Positions 19,209 through 29,497 of a DNA stretch of 64,000 nt are shown here, piece by piece. Source of the stretch: Promethearchaeota archaeon. GTDB taxonomy: Archaea > Asgardarchaeota > Heimdallarchaeia > Hodarchaeales > Hodarchaeaceae. A model generated the notes under the pieces. That model made no database searches and was not told the origin of the DNA. It saw nothing but the letters and a program-made list of their open reading frames with translations. Each line of letters begins with the position of its first letter. Positions within the stretch are counted from its first letter, which is position 1. The translations under genes and the position numbers were made by a program. The DNA lies in contig JBHLMN010000008.1 of NCBI GenBank assembly GCA_048938105.1, positions 174,138 through 238,137 of the forward strand. Reading direction: 5' to 3'.

Positions 19209-21119
19209 TTACTTTTTACTTATGTCTTTCATTAGTTCAATAGCTGCAGCTACTTCCATGATGCTTGTATCATCTTCGATTGTGCTTAAATCTCCTAATT
19301 TTTTCCCTTCATACACTCCTTTCATAATTCTACGCATAATCTTACCGCTGCGAGTTTTGGGTAACATCTTAACAATTTCGACTCCTTTTGGCGCAGCAAT
19401 GGGGCCTATGTCATTCCTTACAATTTGAATTATTTCTTTTTTCAGTTCTTCTGATGGTTCAATACCTTCTTTCAGAACAACAAAAGCAATAACAACGGTA
19501 CCCTTTATTTTATCTTCTACACCAATACAGGAAGTCTCAGCTACAGCATCATGTGATGAAACTGCTTCCTCAATTTCACGAGTACCTAGTCTATGACCTG
19601 CAATCTTTATTACCTCATCTGCACGACCTAGTACTTTAAAATAACCTTCACTATCTTTAATTGCATAATCACCCGTGTAATAGTATTGCTTATCAGGAAA
19701 TACTTCCCAATAAGTTCTTTTATATCTCTCATCATCACCATAGATAGTCATTAAAGTACCTGGTGGTAATGGTGCTCGTGAAACTAGTGTTCCCTTCTCT
19801 CCAAAAGGCATTTCATTGCCTTGCTCATCAACAACTAAGAGATCATAACCCATTGCTGAAACACCAGCCGCTCCAGGTTTTATTGGTAGATCTTCTATGC
19901 ATCGTCCAGTTAAAATACTCCAACCAGATTCAGTTTGCCAGTAATGATCTACAATTTTTGTACCAAGGATCTCTTTAGCCCAGTAATAAGTAGGTTCATC
20001 TAGAGGTTCCCCAGCTAAGAAAAAATACCGTAAAGATGATAGATCGTGATCCTTAATCCATTTTAATGGAAATTTCTTGAGGATGCGAAGAGCTGTTGGC
20101 GCAGAAAAAACACAAGTAACCCCATATTTTTCCATTACTTTCCACCAAGAATCTGGATTAGGATAAACTGGTGTTCCTTCAAATAGAATCGTTGGAATTC
20201 CCAGAAGAAGAGGTCCATATACGATGTATGAATGTCCAACGACCCATCCAATATCGCTAGTAGAGAAGTATACGTCTCTATCAGGTTCACAGTCGTAAAT
20301 TTGTTTCATTGATGCGTATAATGAAACCATATAGCCACCTGTGTCCCGTACAACTCCCTTTGGTTTCCCAGTTGTTCCTGATGTATAGAGGATGTAACTT
20401 GGATCAGTAGAATCTAATTTTTCTGGTTCTACATAGGACATACTTATTGTTTCTAAGAGTTCTTGCCAATCTAGATCTCTTCCTTCCTGCTTAGGACAAT
20501 CGGGGTTTAGATTGCGGTTGTAGACTAGTACCCGACTTGATTTTTCTTCTGCAATTTCTATTGCATCATCAACAATCTCTTTTAATTTGACAACCTTTCC
20601 ATTCCTGCTCCCTGCATCACATGTTAGAATTAATTTTGGTTTTGCATCGTCTATTCTACCAGCAAGAGATTCTCGGCTAAAACCTGCAAATACTACAGAG
20701 TGAATAGCCCCAATTCGTACACAAGCTAGCATTGCAATTATTGCTTCAGGAATCATTGGCATATAAATGATGATACGATCTCCTTTCTTAACATCAAGAT
20801 TTTTAAGTACTCCTGCAAACTTGTTAACTTCTCTAAATAGGTGATAAAATGTGTAGACACGAGATTGATTTGTTTCTGGAGATTCCCAGATTAATGCGGC
20901 TGTTCCTCTTTTAGATCCTAGAGCGTGTCTATCTACCGCATTATAACATAGATTTGTTTTCCCTCCAACAAACCATTTGAAAAAAGGATAATTTGAATCA
21001 TCTAAGACTTTATCCCATTTCTTATACCAGTGTAGTTTTTCACCTTCTTGTGCCCAAAATTTCTGAGGATCTTCGAGAGATAGATTATGAGCTTCTTTAT
21101 ACGAGGAATATTGTTTCAT
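19209..21119 (-). CDS. prpE: Propionate--CoA ligase
   Basis: YTSGTTGKPKGVVRDTGG, SDIGWVVGHSYIVYGPL, DHYWQTE, PKTRSGK; follows prpBCD. Confidence 0.9.
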   Translation of the reverse strand: MKQYSSYKEAHNLSLEDPQKFWAQEGEKLHWYKKWDKVLDDSNYPFFKWFVGGKTNLCYNAVDRHALGSKRGTAALIWESPETNQSRVYTFYHLFREVNKFAGVLKNLDVKKGDRIIIYMPMIPEAIIAMLACVRIGAIHSVVFAGFSRESLAGRIDDAKPKLILTCDAGSRNGKVVKLKEIVDDAIEIAEEKSSRVLVYNRNLNPDCPKQEGRDLDWQELLETISMSYVEPEKLDSTDPSYILYTSGTTGKPKGVVRDTGGYMVSLYASMKQIYDCEPDRDVYFSTSDIGWVVGHSYIVYGPLLLGIPTILFEGTPVYPNPDSWWKVMEKYGVTCVFSAPTALRILKKFPLKWIKDHDLSSLRYFFLAGEPLDEPTYYWAKEILGTKIVDHYWQTESGWSILTGRCIEDLPIKPGAAGVSAMGYDLLVVDEQGNEMPFGEKGTLVSRAPLPPGTLMTIYGDDERYKRTYWEVFPDKQYYYTGDYAIKDSEGYFKVLGRADEVIKIAGHRLGTREIEEAVSSHDAVAETSCIGVEDKIKGTVVIAFVVLKEGIEPSEELKKEIIQIVRNDIGPIAAPKGVEIVKMLPKTRSGKIMRRIMKGVYEGKKLGDLSTIEDDTSIMEVAAAIELMKDISKK

Positions 21120-21288
21120 TGATCTATACCGCCCTGTTTATATAATGAGAGTTGAGAATTGATTACGAGTCGGTCGTCTCTGGGATTTATAAAGAATTTT
21201 TCTCCTTTAAACTCATAAAACAAAATTCTTTACCATTTTTATTTTGATTCTGATATAAAGAAAAAAGAGGTATGGAAGTTTTATGATC

Positions 21289-22710
21289 TTAAGCTTGAAG
21301 AAACTCCATAAATAGATGAACAGGCATCTGTTCTAATCTTTTCTGATCTTTAAACAATGCTATGAGATCTTCTACCTTTTTTACTGGATAACGAGCTGAG
21401 ATGTTATTATTGAACTTCTCTTCTAATAACGGAATTGCTTCTTTTCTCCTTCTTCTGTGACCTAATGGATATTCAATCATAATTCTATCTGTATTAGTTC
21501 CGTCTTTGAAGAAAACTTGAACTGAGTTTGTTATAGATCGTTTTTCAGGATCATGGTAATCCTTCGTATATTGGAGTTCTTCTTTAACATCCATTTTTTC
21601 CCTTAACATATCGATATGTGGATTAGAAGCAAATTCATCTTCATAATCTTCGTAAACTACATTCCCTTTCAATAATGCAATAGCAACCATATATTGAAGA
21701 CAATGGTCTCGATCTGCAGGATTGTGTAAAGGCCCTTTTTTATCTATGATACGAATTGCTGCTTCATGTGTAATAATTTCTATTTTCTCTATCTCTTCTA
21801 GGCGATTAATAACATTTGGATGAAGCTGAATTGCAGCTTCAACCGCAGATTGACCGTGGAATTCCGCAGGATAACCAACTTTGAATAGAACATTCTCGAT
21901 TACATAAGTTCCATAAGGGAGTTGAAATTTAAACCGACCTCCATCCCATAAACGATCATAAAAGCCCCACTTAGGTGCACTAAGGCAAGTCTTGTAACCC
22001 ATTTCTCCTCGTAATGACTGCATAGCGAGAAAGACACCTCGGCTTGTTGCATCCCCTGCTGCCCAGCTCTTTCTACTACCAGTATTTGGAGCATGACGAT
22101 ATGTCCTTAAAGGCCCTATATCGCACCAAACCTGAGATATAGCATTGATAGTTTGCATCTCATTACAACCAAGCATACCAGCTGCTATAGCAGCACTAGC
22201 CAGTTTAACCAGGATTACATGATCAATACCACGTTGATTAAAACTGTTCTCCAGAGCCATCACCCCTTGAATTTCATAAGCTTTAATCGTCCAGGTGAAA
22301 ACATCCCGTATATTAAGCGGCTCCAATCCATTAGCAATATTTTTACGGGATATATGGTCGGCCAGACTTAAAATCGCTCCCAAATTATCGCTTGGGTGCC
22401 CCCATTCTGCTGCTAACCAAGTATCATTGTAGTCTAACCAGCGAATCAAAATCCCGATATTAAATGCAGCAGTGAGAGGGTCGAGCTCATACTTTGTACC
22501 AGGAACACGAGAGCCGTGGGGGACAATGGTTCCTGGGACGACAGGTCCCAACATTTTGGTACATTCAGGGAATCGTAATGCTAGAACTGCACCACCAATG
22601 CTATCCATTAAACAAAGACGTGCTGTATTATATGCTTCATCAGAATCAGGAGTATATTCCAGAACATATTTTGCCATATCGACCATTTCTTTATCTATTT
22701 TGTTTGACAT
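21289..22710 (-). CDS. prpD: 2-methylcitrate dehydratase
   Basis: RWLDYNDTWLAAEWGHPSDN, RHAPNTGSRKSWAAGDA, PAEFHGQ, NPADRDHC. Confidence 0.96.
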   Translation of the reverse strand: MSNKIDKEMVDMAKYVLEYTPDSDEAYNTARLCLMDSIGGAVLALRFPECTKMLGPVVPGTIVPHGSRVPGTKYELDPLTAAFNIGILIRWLDYNDTWLAAEWGHPSDNLGAILSLADHISRKNIANGLEPLNIRDVFTWTIKAYEIQGVMALENSFNQRGIDHVILVKLASAAIAAGMLGCNEMQTINAISQVWCDIGPLRTYRHAPNTGSRKSWAAGDATSRGVFLAMQSLRGEMGYKTCLSAPKWGFYDRLWDGGRFKFQLPYGTYVIENVLFKVGYPAEFHGQSAVEAAIQLHPNVINRLEEIEKIEIITHEAAIRIIDKKGPLHNPADRDHCLQYMVAIALLKGNVVYEDYEDEFASNPHIDMLREKMDVKEELQYTKDYHDPEKRSITNSVQVFFKDGTNTDRIMIEYPLGHRRRRKEAIPLLEEKFNNNISARYPVKKVEDLIALFKDQKRLEQMPVHLFMEFLQA

Positions 22711-22773
22711 CTTTCAACTACCTTTTTTCTATATTTAAGTTAAATCTCTCAAAGAAATCAGTAAGGGAGCATG

Positions 22774-23916
22774 TTATGCTCTTTCGGAAAGAGGAAGAAC
22801 CTCTCGCTCTTTTGGGCCTATATATTTCGCTGTAGGGCGAATTAACTTATTATTTTCACGTTGTTCCAAAATATGAGCAGCCCATCCGCTTGACCTGCTT
22901 ACAACAAATATTGGTGTAAAGAGGGGAGGATCAATACCTAATATATGGTATACTATTGCAGTATAGAAGTCTAAGTTTGGAAAGAGATTTTTTTCCCACA
23001 TTACTCTTTCAACAGCTTCAGCTATTTCAAAAAGTGTTTTAAACTGGGTTTTTCCTTTAATTAATTCACGAGCTCGTTCTTTAACTACTAATGACCGAGG
23101 ATCATGATCTGCATAGACTGCATGACCGAAACCCATTATTAATTCCTTTTCTCGGAACATACGGCGTACCTCTGTTTCAGCATGGTCAACGTCTTTAAGA
23201 CTTAATAATAATTTGATGGCTGCCTCATTTGCTCCTCCATTGAGAGGACCTGAAAGCGTTCCAATTGCTGTTGCTATACATGAATAATAATCAGCTAGTG
23301 TTGAGGCACAAACGCGAGCAGCATATGTAGATGCTGCATATTCGTGTTCTGCATAAAGTATCAGTGACATATCCAATGTTTGCTTTTCAAGAGCGGTTGG
23401 TATCTCCCCTTTAATCATGTGGAAAAGATATCCAGCCATCGTTTCTTCTGAGGAATCAAGAGGAACTTCTTTGTCATAAGAACTTTGTTTCTTCTCCCAA
23501 TAACCGATGATACTTGGTAGAATACCTAGGATCCGAAGTGCTTGAGGTTTTCCTTTTAATCCTTCCTCAGGTTCAATTGTTCCTAGAGTGGATATAGCTG
23601 TCCGCAGTAGAGCCATTGGATGAGTATCTTTTGGTAAATCATTAAGTACATTTTTCAAAGGTTCTGGTAAAAAACGATTGTTATTAAGTTGCGACGTCCA
23701 TTCTGACAACTGGTCTTTATTCGGAAGATCACCGTGGATGAGAAGGTAGGATACTTCTTCATATGTGCAATTTCTTGCTAAATCCTCAATCAAATAACCT
23801 CGATAAGATAAATGTATCCCTTCTTCGCCTACAGGACAAATTGAAGTTGTGCCAACATCGACACCACGCAATCCAGGATCTATTTTGTAAGTCACTTCCA
23901 GTTTTCTTTTAGGCAT
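22774..23916 (-). CDS. prpC: 2-methylcitrate synthase (His-to-Asn substitution in the GPLHGGANE motif)
   Basis: [37 protein letters not shown]; located between prpB and prpD. Confidence 0.9.
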   Translation of the reverse strand: MPKRKLEVTYKIDPGLRGVDVGTTSICPVGEEGIHLSYRGYLIEDLARNCTYEEVSYLLIHGDLPNKDQLSEWTSQLNNNRFLPEPLKNVLNDLPKDTHPMALLRTAISTLGTIEPEEGLKGKPQALRILGILPSIIGYWEKKQSSYDKEVPLDSSEETMAGYLFHMIKGEIPTALEKQTLDMSLILYAEHEYAASTYAARVCASTLADYYSCIATAIGTLSGPLNGGANEAAIKLLLSLKDVDHAETEVRRMFREKELIMGFGHAVYADHDPRSLVVKERARELIKGKTQFKTLFEIAEAVERVMWEKNLFPNLDFYTAIVYHILGIDPPLFTPIFVVSRSSGWAAHILEQRENNKLIRPTAKYIGPKEREVLPLSERA

Positions 23917-24802
23917 TTTTCTTCTCTCCTAACCTATCAAGTATGTTTTCCCAACGGTAATAGTCTAGTAATTCATACAGTTCCGCACGTGTTTGCATTC
24001 TATCAATTAAAGATTTTTGCGTCCCTTGGCTTCGGAGAATCGAATAGACGTGTTCTGCTGCTTTATTCATTGCACGAAAAGCGGTAAGGGGATATAGAAC
24101 CATGGATACTCCTGCTCCCCTTAATTCTTCTACAGTAAATAGAGGTGTCTTTCCAAATTCTGTAATATTAGCTATAACTGGTACGGATATGGCTTCAGTG
24201 ATGGTTTTATATTCTTCCAGTGATGTGAAAGCTTCAGGGAAAACTGCGGTTGCACCAGCGTCAATATATTGGTGGATCCTATCAATAGCCCCTTGAAGCC
24301 CTTCATTAGCTAAGGCATCTGTTCGAGCCATTACCATAAAGTCAGGATCCCTACGAGCATCAACAGCTGCCTTAATTCGATCACACATCTCTTCTGTTGA
24401 CACTATCTTTTTTCTGGGACGATGACCACATCGTTTTTGGGCTTCCTGATCCTCTATATGGACTCCTGCAACTCCTACTTTTTCTAATGTATTGATTGTT
24501 CGAGCAATAGAAAAGGCAGTCGCTCCAAAACCAGTGTCAATGTCAACCAATAAAGGAAGATCTACAACATCAGTAATACGTCGAGCATCTTCCGCGACAT
24601 TATCAAGGGTAGTTATACCCAAATCGGGTAATCCATAGGATGCATTTGCTACACCTGCACCAGATAGATAGAGTGTACGGAAACCAGCACGTTTTGCCAT
24701 CATAGCCATGAGGGCATTGATCGTTCCCACAATTTGTAAGGGTTTCTCTTGACCAAGAGCTTCTTTAAGTCTTGTTCCTGGGGATTTTGAAGAAACTTTC
24801 AT
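23909..24802 (-). CDS. prpB: Methylisocitrate lyase
   Basis: [40 protein letters not shown]. Confidence 0.96.
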   Translation of the reverse strand: MKVSSKSPGTRLKEALGQEKPLQIVGTINALMAMMAKRAGFRTLYLSGAGVANASYGLPDLGITTLDNVAEDARRITDVVDLPLLVDIDTGFGATAFSIARTINTLEKVGVAGVHIEDQEAQKRCGHRPRKKIVSTEEMCDRIKAAVDARRDPDFMVMARTDALANEGLQGAIDRIHQYIDAGATAVFPEAFTSLEEYKTITEAISVPVIANITEFGKTPLFTVEELRGAGVSMVLYPLTAFRAMNKAAEHVYSILRSQGTQKSLIDRMQTRAELYELLDYYRWENILDRLGEKKNA

Positions 24803-24830
24803 TATTAGATGTTCCTTTTTAAAAATTAAA

Positions 24831-24855
24831 TTGATTCGTTACATATTTGAATCAA
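24831..24855. promoter_or_regulatory. Inverted repeat TTGATTC-N11-GAATCAA upstream of prpB, candidate operator
   Basis: Perfect 7-bp arms 29-53 bp upstream of the prpB start; the AT-rich context lowers significance. Confidence 0.3.
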
Positions 24856-25224
24856 ATTTCTTTACACTTTAAAATAAAATGCATCTTAATTATTTTTTGT
24901 TGATAGAATTTTCTCTTTCTTCATAGAATATTTCTGAGATTAAACGAATTGTCTTACAAGTAAAAGCAACGAATGTTGTGATAAAGCAGTATGTCATCAG
25001 AATTTCACGATAAACTGTATTCCATGAGCTTTTATCTCAATAATGATGTTTTATTTATTTGTTCAATTCGATTTTAACTTGCTTTATAGAAAAAATTATT
25101 GAACTATGGAAAACTACACAAAATTTTTTCTATTACAATAGGAATTGAAAGTAAAAACTATTACAAAATAATATTTTCCCAGAAGTATTGCTCTGTTGTT
25201 TTAGGTTTTCGAGAGGTTAGCTAA

Positions 25225-26229
25225 TTGAAGATTAAACTTATTGCCATATCTGATCTTCACCAAGGCAATCCAGTCTCTCTTCCTAGCAATATTAGAGTGG
25301 TTCAACAGGAAAAATTATTGCAAAATCTTATTCAACGTAAACCAGATGCTATTCTAATTGCTGGTGATCTTCAAGACTACTTTTGGAATCTAGGAATGGA
25401 TACGCACCATATTAATCAAATTAAAGACCAATTGAGGAATGACCCAGTATTTAATGCTTTGAACAAAGGAAAAGTTCCAGTTTATTTCATTTGGGGAAAT
25501 ACGGATGTTATGGATTTTGAAAAAGGAAAACCTTACCATGAAACTCCCGTGACTGATGAGTTACGTGAGTGGTTTTGTAATACATTTCCTAACCTTCAAG
25601 ATTGTCATAATAAAGTCAAATATATCAAAGGGATTCCGGTATTGGGATATGCTGATGCGAATAAAACCACAGATGATCATTCTGGAAAATGCTGGGATGA
25701 ACCTGCAATCCTCAAAGACTTTCAACATATGATCCAAGGTTTACGTCCAGAGGAAATCCAACAAACCATCTTTTTCACTCATACCCCCCCTCGGGGTCTC
25801 CTCGACTTTTCTAGTCTGGGAGGGCGTCACATTGGGTCATATTATTTGCGAGAGCTTATTGAAGAATTTCAACCACTTCTTTCAATCTTTGGCCACGTCC
25901 ATTATTGTGGAGGATATTCAGAATATATAAATAAAACCCAATGTATCAACGTTTCGTCCTTTGGACTAGTAGTTTCACACGAAATACTTTTTGGGCAAAG
26001 TGCTTTTGAGCTCCAAATTAATCCAGATAAAGAGGTTACTTCTACAACAATGATTGTTTCACACTATTGGGAAGGAAACCAGAAAAAAGCATTTGTTGAA
26101 TATCGTCATTGCCAAATTTGTGGAAGACACACTCCATTTGCTCGAAAACAGTTCAAAACCTGTCGCGTTTGTCTAGGCGCACGAAGGATAGAGGATAGTC
26201 AAAAGGAAATCACCAGAAATGATTGGTGA
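25225..26229 (+). CDS. Calcineurin-like metallophosphoesterase with C-terminal Zn ribbon
   Basis: SDLH, AGD, GNTD, THTPP, GHVH; CQIC...CRVC; TTG start after GAGAGG. Confidence 0.8.
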   Translation: MKIKLIAISDLHQGNPVSLPSNIRVVQQEKLLQNLIQRKPDAILIAGDLQDYFWNLGMDTHHINQIKDQLRNDPVFNALNKGKVPVYFIWGNTDVMDFEKGKPYHETPVTDELREWFCNTFPNLQDCHNKVKYIKGIPVLGYADANKTTDDHSGKCWDEPAILKDFQHMIQGLRPEEIQQTIFFTHTPPRGLLDFSSLGGRHIGSYYLRELIEEFQPLLSIFGHVHYCGGYSEYINKTQCINVSSFGLVVSHEILFGQSAFELQINPDKEVTSTTMIVSHYWEGNQKKAFVEYRHCQICGRHTPFARKQFKTCRVCLGARRIEDSQKEITRNDW

Positions 26230-26241
26230 TTACAAGCATGA

Positions 26242-27339
26242 TTATTGGAAATTGTATTCATCTAATCTTAGTTCTTTTTGCATTATAAGCATATCTTGAA
26301 GAATTGACGAGTTAATAGGAATACCTGTTTTATGACGATCAATCTCCATTTCATATTCCTTTTCACCAGCAGTATATATCCTAGTTTGACCTGGAGCCTT
26401 TGTAGAGTTTCTTAATCCTCTCACAATATCTCCTGCGATCTTTTGGAAAGTATTGAGCGGAAGGAAGCTCTCGATGTTTATGGCTAGGAAGAAATGACCC
26501 AGTTTATACCCCTTCTCAAGAGTTAAATCTTTCATAAAGGGGCCTCCTGTTAAGGCAGCAGATAATATTTCAACAGCAGTTCCATATCCATATCCTTTAT
26601 GTCCACCAAGGATTTCACCAACCCCTCCTAAAGGAAGTAATGCTGCTGTTCCTTTGATCAAGTCATTTAGTATGGTAACTGTATCTGTAGATGTTTCACC
26701 ATTTTCTTTTATCACCCAACCTGATGGAGTTGGTGTTTCTGTCCTTGCTAGGACTTCTATCTTACCTCGTTGAGTTATTGAGGTAGCACAATCAATAAGA
26801 AAAGGAAAAGGTTCATCTGTTGGGCAACCGATAGTGAGAGGATTAGTACCAAGCATAGGTTCCACTCCAAAAGTAGGAGCAATAGACGGACGAGCATTTG
26901 TTATTGTTATCCCGATCATTCCTTCATTAATTGCCATAAGTGCATAATAACCAGCTATACCAAAATGAGTTGAATTTCTAACTGCAACAGCTCCTGTTCC
27001 ATACTGCTGAGCTTTTTTTATTGCTAATTCCATCGCACGAAAAGCTGCAACATGTCCCATCCCATGACCTGCATCTATCAATGCAGTGGTTTCTGTTTCC
27101 TTAACTATCTCCAATTTTGTCTGGGGGTTTTGAATATTGGCAATAATACGATCATAATACATTTTTAGTCTTTGAACACCATGAGATTCTATTCCTCGAA
27201 GATCTGAACTTATGAGGATATCAGCACAAATTTTTGCTTCTTCTTTTGGCACTTTAAGACCAATGAAAACATCTTGCATAAAACTATGTAAAGTTTTAAC
27301 ATCTATGAATATAATATTTTCAGTCATTAGGTTCCACAC
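26242..27339 (-). CDS. Ldh_2 family (malate/L-lactate/sulfolactate dehydrogenase, ComC-like) oxidoreductase
   Basis: RGIESHG, RNSTHFG, LGTNP, GHKGYG. Confidence 0.88.
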   Translation of the reverse strand: MWNLMTENIIFIDVKTLHSFMQDVFIGLKVPKEEAKICADILISSDLRGIESHGVQRLKMYYDRIIANIQNPQTKLEIVKETETTALIDAGHGMGHVAAFRAMELAIKKAQQYGTGAVAVRNSTHFGIAGYYALMAINEGMIGITITNARPSIAPTFGVEPMLGTNPLTIGCPTDEPFPFLIDCATSITQRGKIEVLARTETPTPSGWVIKENGETSTDTVTILNDLIKGTAALLPLGGVGEILGGHKGYGYGTAVEILSAALTGGPFMKDLTLEKGYKLGHFFLAINIESFLPLNTFQKIAGDIVRGLRNSTKAPGQTRIYTAGEKEYEMEIDRHKTGIPINSSILQDMLIMQKELRLDEYNFQ

Positions 27340-27489
27340 TCATAAAAATTAAAATATTAATGAAGAATTAGTAGTTCAATCAGAATGCTTTAAAGCTTCA
27401 TTGCATTTATCAATTTTTACAGAACAAACATAAAGATTCATATGAACTAATACTGAAAACATAATTATCATTGAACGGGTTGGATTTTC

Positions 27490-28026
27490 ATGAATAACTT
27501 AGCTTTAGTGGTCATTGATATGCAAGTAGGAAATTTTACTGGACTAAATCCTATTTATAAGGGGAAAGAATTACTCTCAAATGTCCTTTCGTTGATAACT
27601 CGAATTCGATCTCTTGATGCCCCAATTATTTATGTGCAAAATAACGGTAAAAAGGGTGACCCTGATGAACCAAGTACTCCAGGATGGGATATTCATCCTA
27701 TTATTGCCCCCATTGAAGGGGATATTGTAATTCAGAAGTCGACACCTGATGCTTTCAATCAAACCTCTCTAAAATCCGAACTAGAAAAGATGAAAATTGA
27801 TAATTTAATTATTGTTGGCCTTCAATCTGAGTACTGTATTGATACTACGTGTCGGAGGGCTTTTAGTCTTGGTTATGAAGTAGTCTTGGTTGAAGATGCC
27901 CATAGCACATGGGATTCCCAGCTTCTTACAGCACAACAAATTATCAAACATCATAATAATACATTAAGTGGATTCTTTGTCACCCTAAGAAAGACTAATG
28001 ACATAATCAAAGATAACAAACTATAA
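27490..28026 (+). CDS. Isochorismatase-family cysteine hydrolase
   Basis: VVIDMQ, K..PDAF, GLQSEYCIDTT. Confidence 0.88.
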   Translation: MNNLALVVIDMQVGNFTGLNPIYKGKELLSNVLSLITRIRSLDAPIIYVQNNGKKGDPDEPSTPGWDIHPIIAPIEGDIVIQKSTPDAFNQTSLKSELEKMKIDNLIIVGLQSEYCIDTTCRRAFSLGYEVVLVEDAHSTWDSQLLTAQQIIKHHNNTLSGFFVTLRKTNDIIKDNKL

Positions 28027-28051
28027 AATGTAATCAATAGTCTATCCAGAT

Positions 28052-29494
28052 TTAATTTAGATTGTTTTTAGCTATTTTATCTAAGTCTCGTTTCAATTGG
28101 TCGTCTATTGGTTGTATGTTAGGACGTTTACTTAATTTCATTGCTATTTCTTTCGCTCTTTTCCGTGCTGATGTTTCACCACTTGCTTTCCATGAATCAC
28201 GAGTTTCTCTGTTTATTACCTGGAAACCATCAATTAGAAATGGAATATAAAGTTCTTTTCTAAATAGCTGCAGTGTTGTGGGGTGTGATAAAAGTGAAAC
28301 GCTAGGATCATAATCCATGAGGACTTCCTGAGCGAAAGGTTCACCATGATCTGTAATTCCTTGAATAAGTCTCTTTACCATACCTGCAATCTCATTATCA
28401 ATGACTACCTTCTCAAAACTCTGGGTCGACTCAAAATCTAACATCCCAGGCCCAGATATCATATTGATTCCTGCAAGTCCTGCTAGAAGAGCTCCCATAC
28501 CTCCCTCGAACCCAGCTTGGGCATCTGGGACTTTGGAATCAGATAAAGTCATATAAGCATGTGTTGGGAGTTTTAAGAACTTCCCCATTTGAGCATCTGC
28601 AATATTTATCATCATTGTTTCAATAGCACCCATTGGAGTTGTACCAAATTTCATATCAAATACAGCTGGGGATCCCCCCCATATAATCGGTGCCTTTCGT
28701 TTTGCAAGTTGAGCAATTACAAGGCCCGCTAAACTCTCTGCTGTATGTTGAGTAACACAGCCAATTAATGAAATAGGGGCGGTTGATCCAGCAAGAGGCA
28801 TACTTACGAATTCGGATGGAATTCCACTTTTTGCTGCATCAATTACGGATTGTGTGGTAAGATCTGACCACATGAGAGGAGGACTTGGACAAGCATCAAA
28901 GATAGCAAGTGGTTTTTCCTCTAACTTTCTATCAGAAGTTCTCATTACTTCTAATAGATCACGCATAATCGTAAAGCTTTCTTTTCGAAAAGTCCCTGTA
29001 ATAACAGGTTTAGAGCAGTTTAATAAAGCGAGATATAATCGGTGCCAATCTTGGGCCTCTGGTGGGACATCTGAATATACAATAGCTGTTGATTGAGCAT
29101 CAAGATAAGTTAAATGCTCAACAACTCTTGAAAACATAATAAAGTCGGATGATAAGGCCTCTCGGATATTTCTTGTTTTTAAATCTTGGATATATATTGC
29201 TGCGGACCCAGGATCAAAATGAATATTGTCTGTGGATAAATGAATCTTTTCTTTCCCATTTCGGTCGAATAAAGTTATTTCAGAAGGAACATGAGCTCGT
29301 AATTTATCGATTAAATCCTCAGGAATGAAGTAGCTCAATCCTTCATGGTTAACGCCCTCTTCTTCTAATAATCTCTGTGCTTCAGAGTTTTCAATCACTA
29401 CCCCTTGAGTATGAAGGATAGATTTCGCTTCTTGAAAGATCTTTTTTATGTATTCATCTGTTAATAATTCGATTTTTGGTCTTAAGATAGTCAA
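28052..29494 (-). CDS. mttB: Non-pyrrolysine trimethylamine methyltransferase-family (MttB/MtgB-like) methylamine:corrinoid methyltransferase
   Basis: PSPPL, GSTAPISL.G, FDMK.G...MGA.E, LSDSKVPDAQAGFE (Leu at the Pyl-equivalent position, no in-frame TAG), GPGMLDF. Confidence 0.88.
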   Translation of the reverse strand: MTILRPKIELLTDEYIKKIFQEAKSILHTQGVVIENSEAQRLLEEEGVNHEGLSYFIPEDLIDKLRAHVPSEITLFDRNGKEKIHLSTDNIHFDPGSAAIYIQDLKTRNIREALSSDFIMFSRVVEHLTYLDAQSTAIVYSDVPPEAQDWHRLYLALLNCSKPVITGTFRKESFTIMRDLLEVMRTSDRKLEEKPLAIFDACPSPPLMWSDLTTQSVIDAAKSGIPSEFVSMPLAGSTAPISLIGCVTQHTAESLAGLVIAQLAKRKAPIIWGGSPAVFDMKFGTTPMGAIETMMINIADAQMGKFLKLPTHAYMTLSDSKVPDAQAGFEGGMGALLAGLAGINMISGPGMLDFESTQSFEKVVIDNEIAGMVKRLIQGITDHGEPFAQEVLMDYDPSVSLLSHPTTLQLFRKELYIPFLIDGFQVINRETRDSWKASGETSARKRAKEIAMKLSKRPNIQPIDDQLKRDLDKIAKNNLN

Positions 29495-29497
29495 AGA

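Noticed and set aside
28052-29494. Pyrrolysine readthrough in the MttB gene
   Set aside because: The ORF is uninterrupted and has Leu at the Pyl-equivalent position
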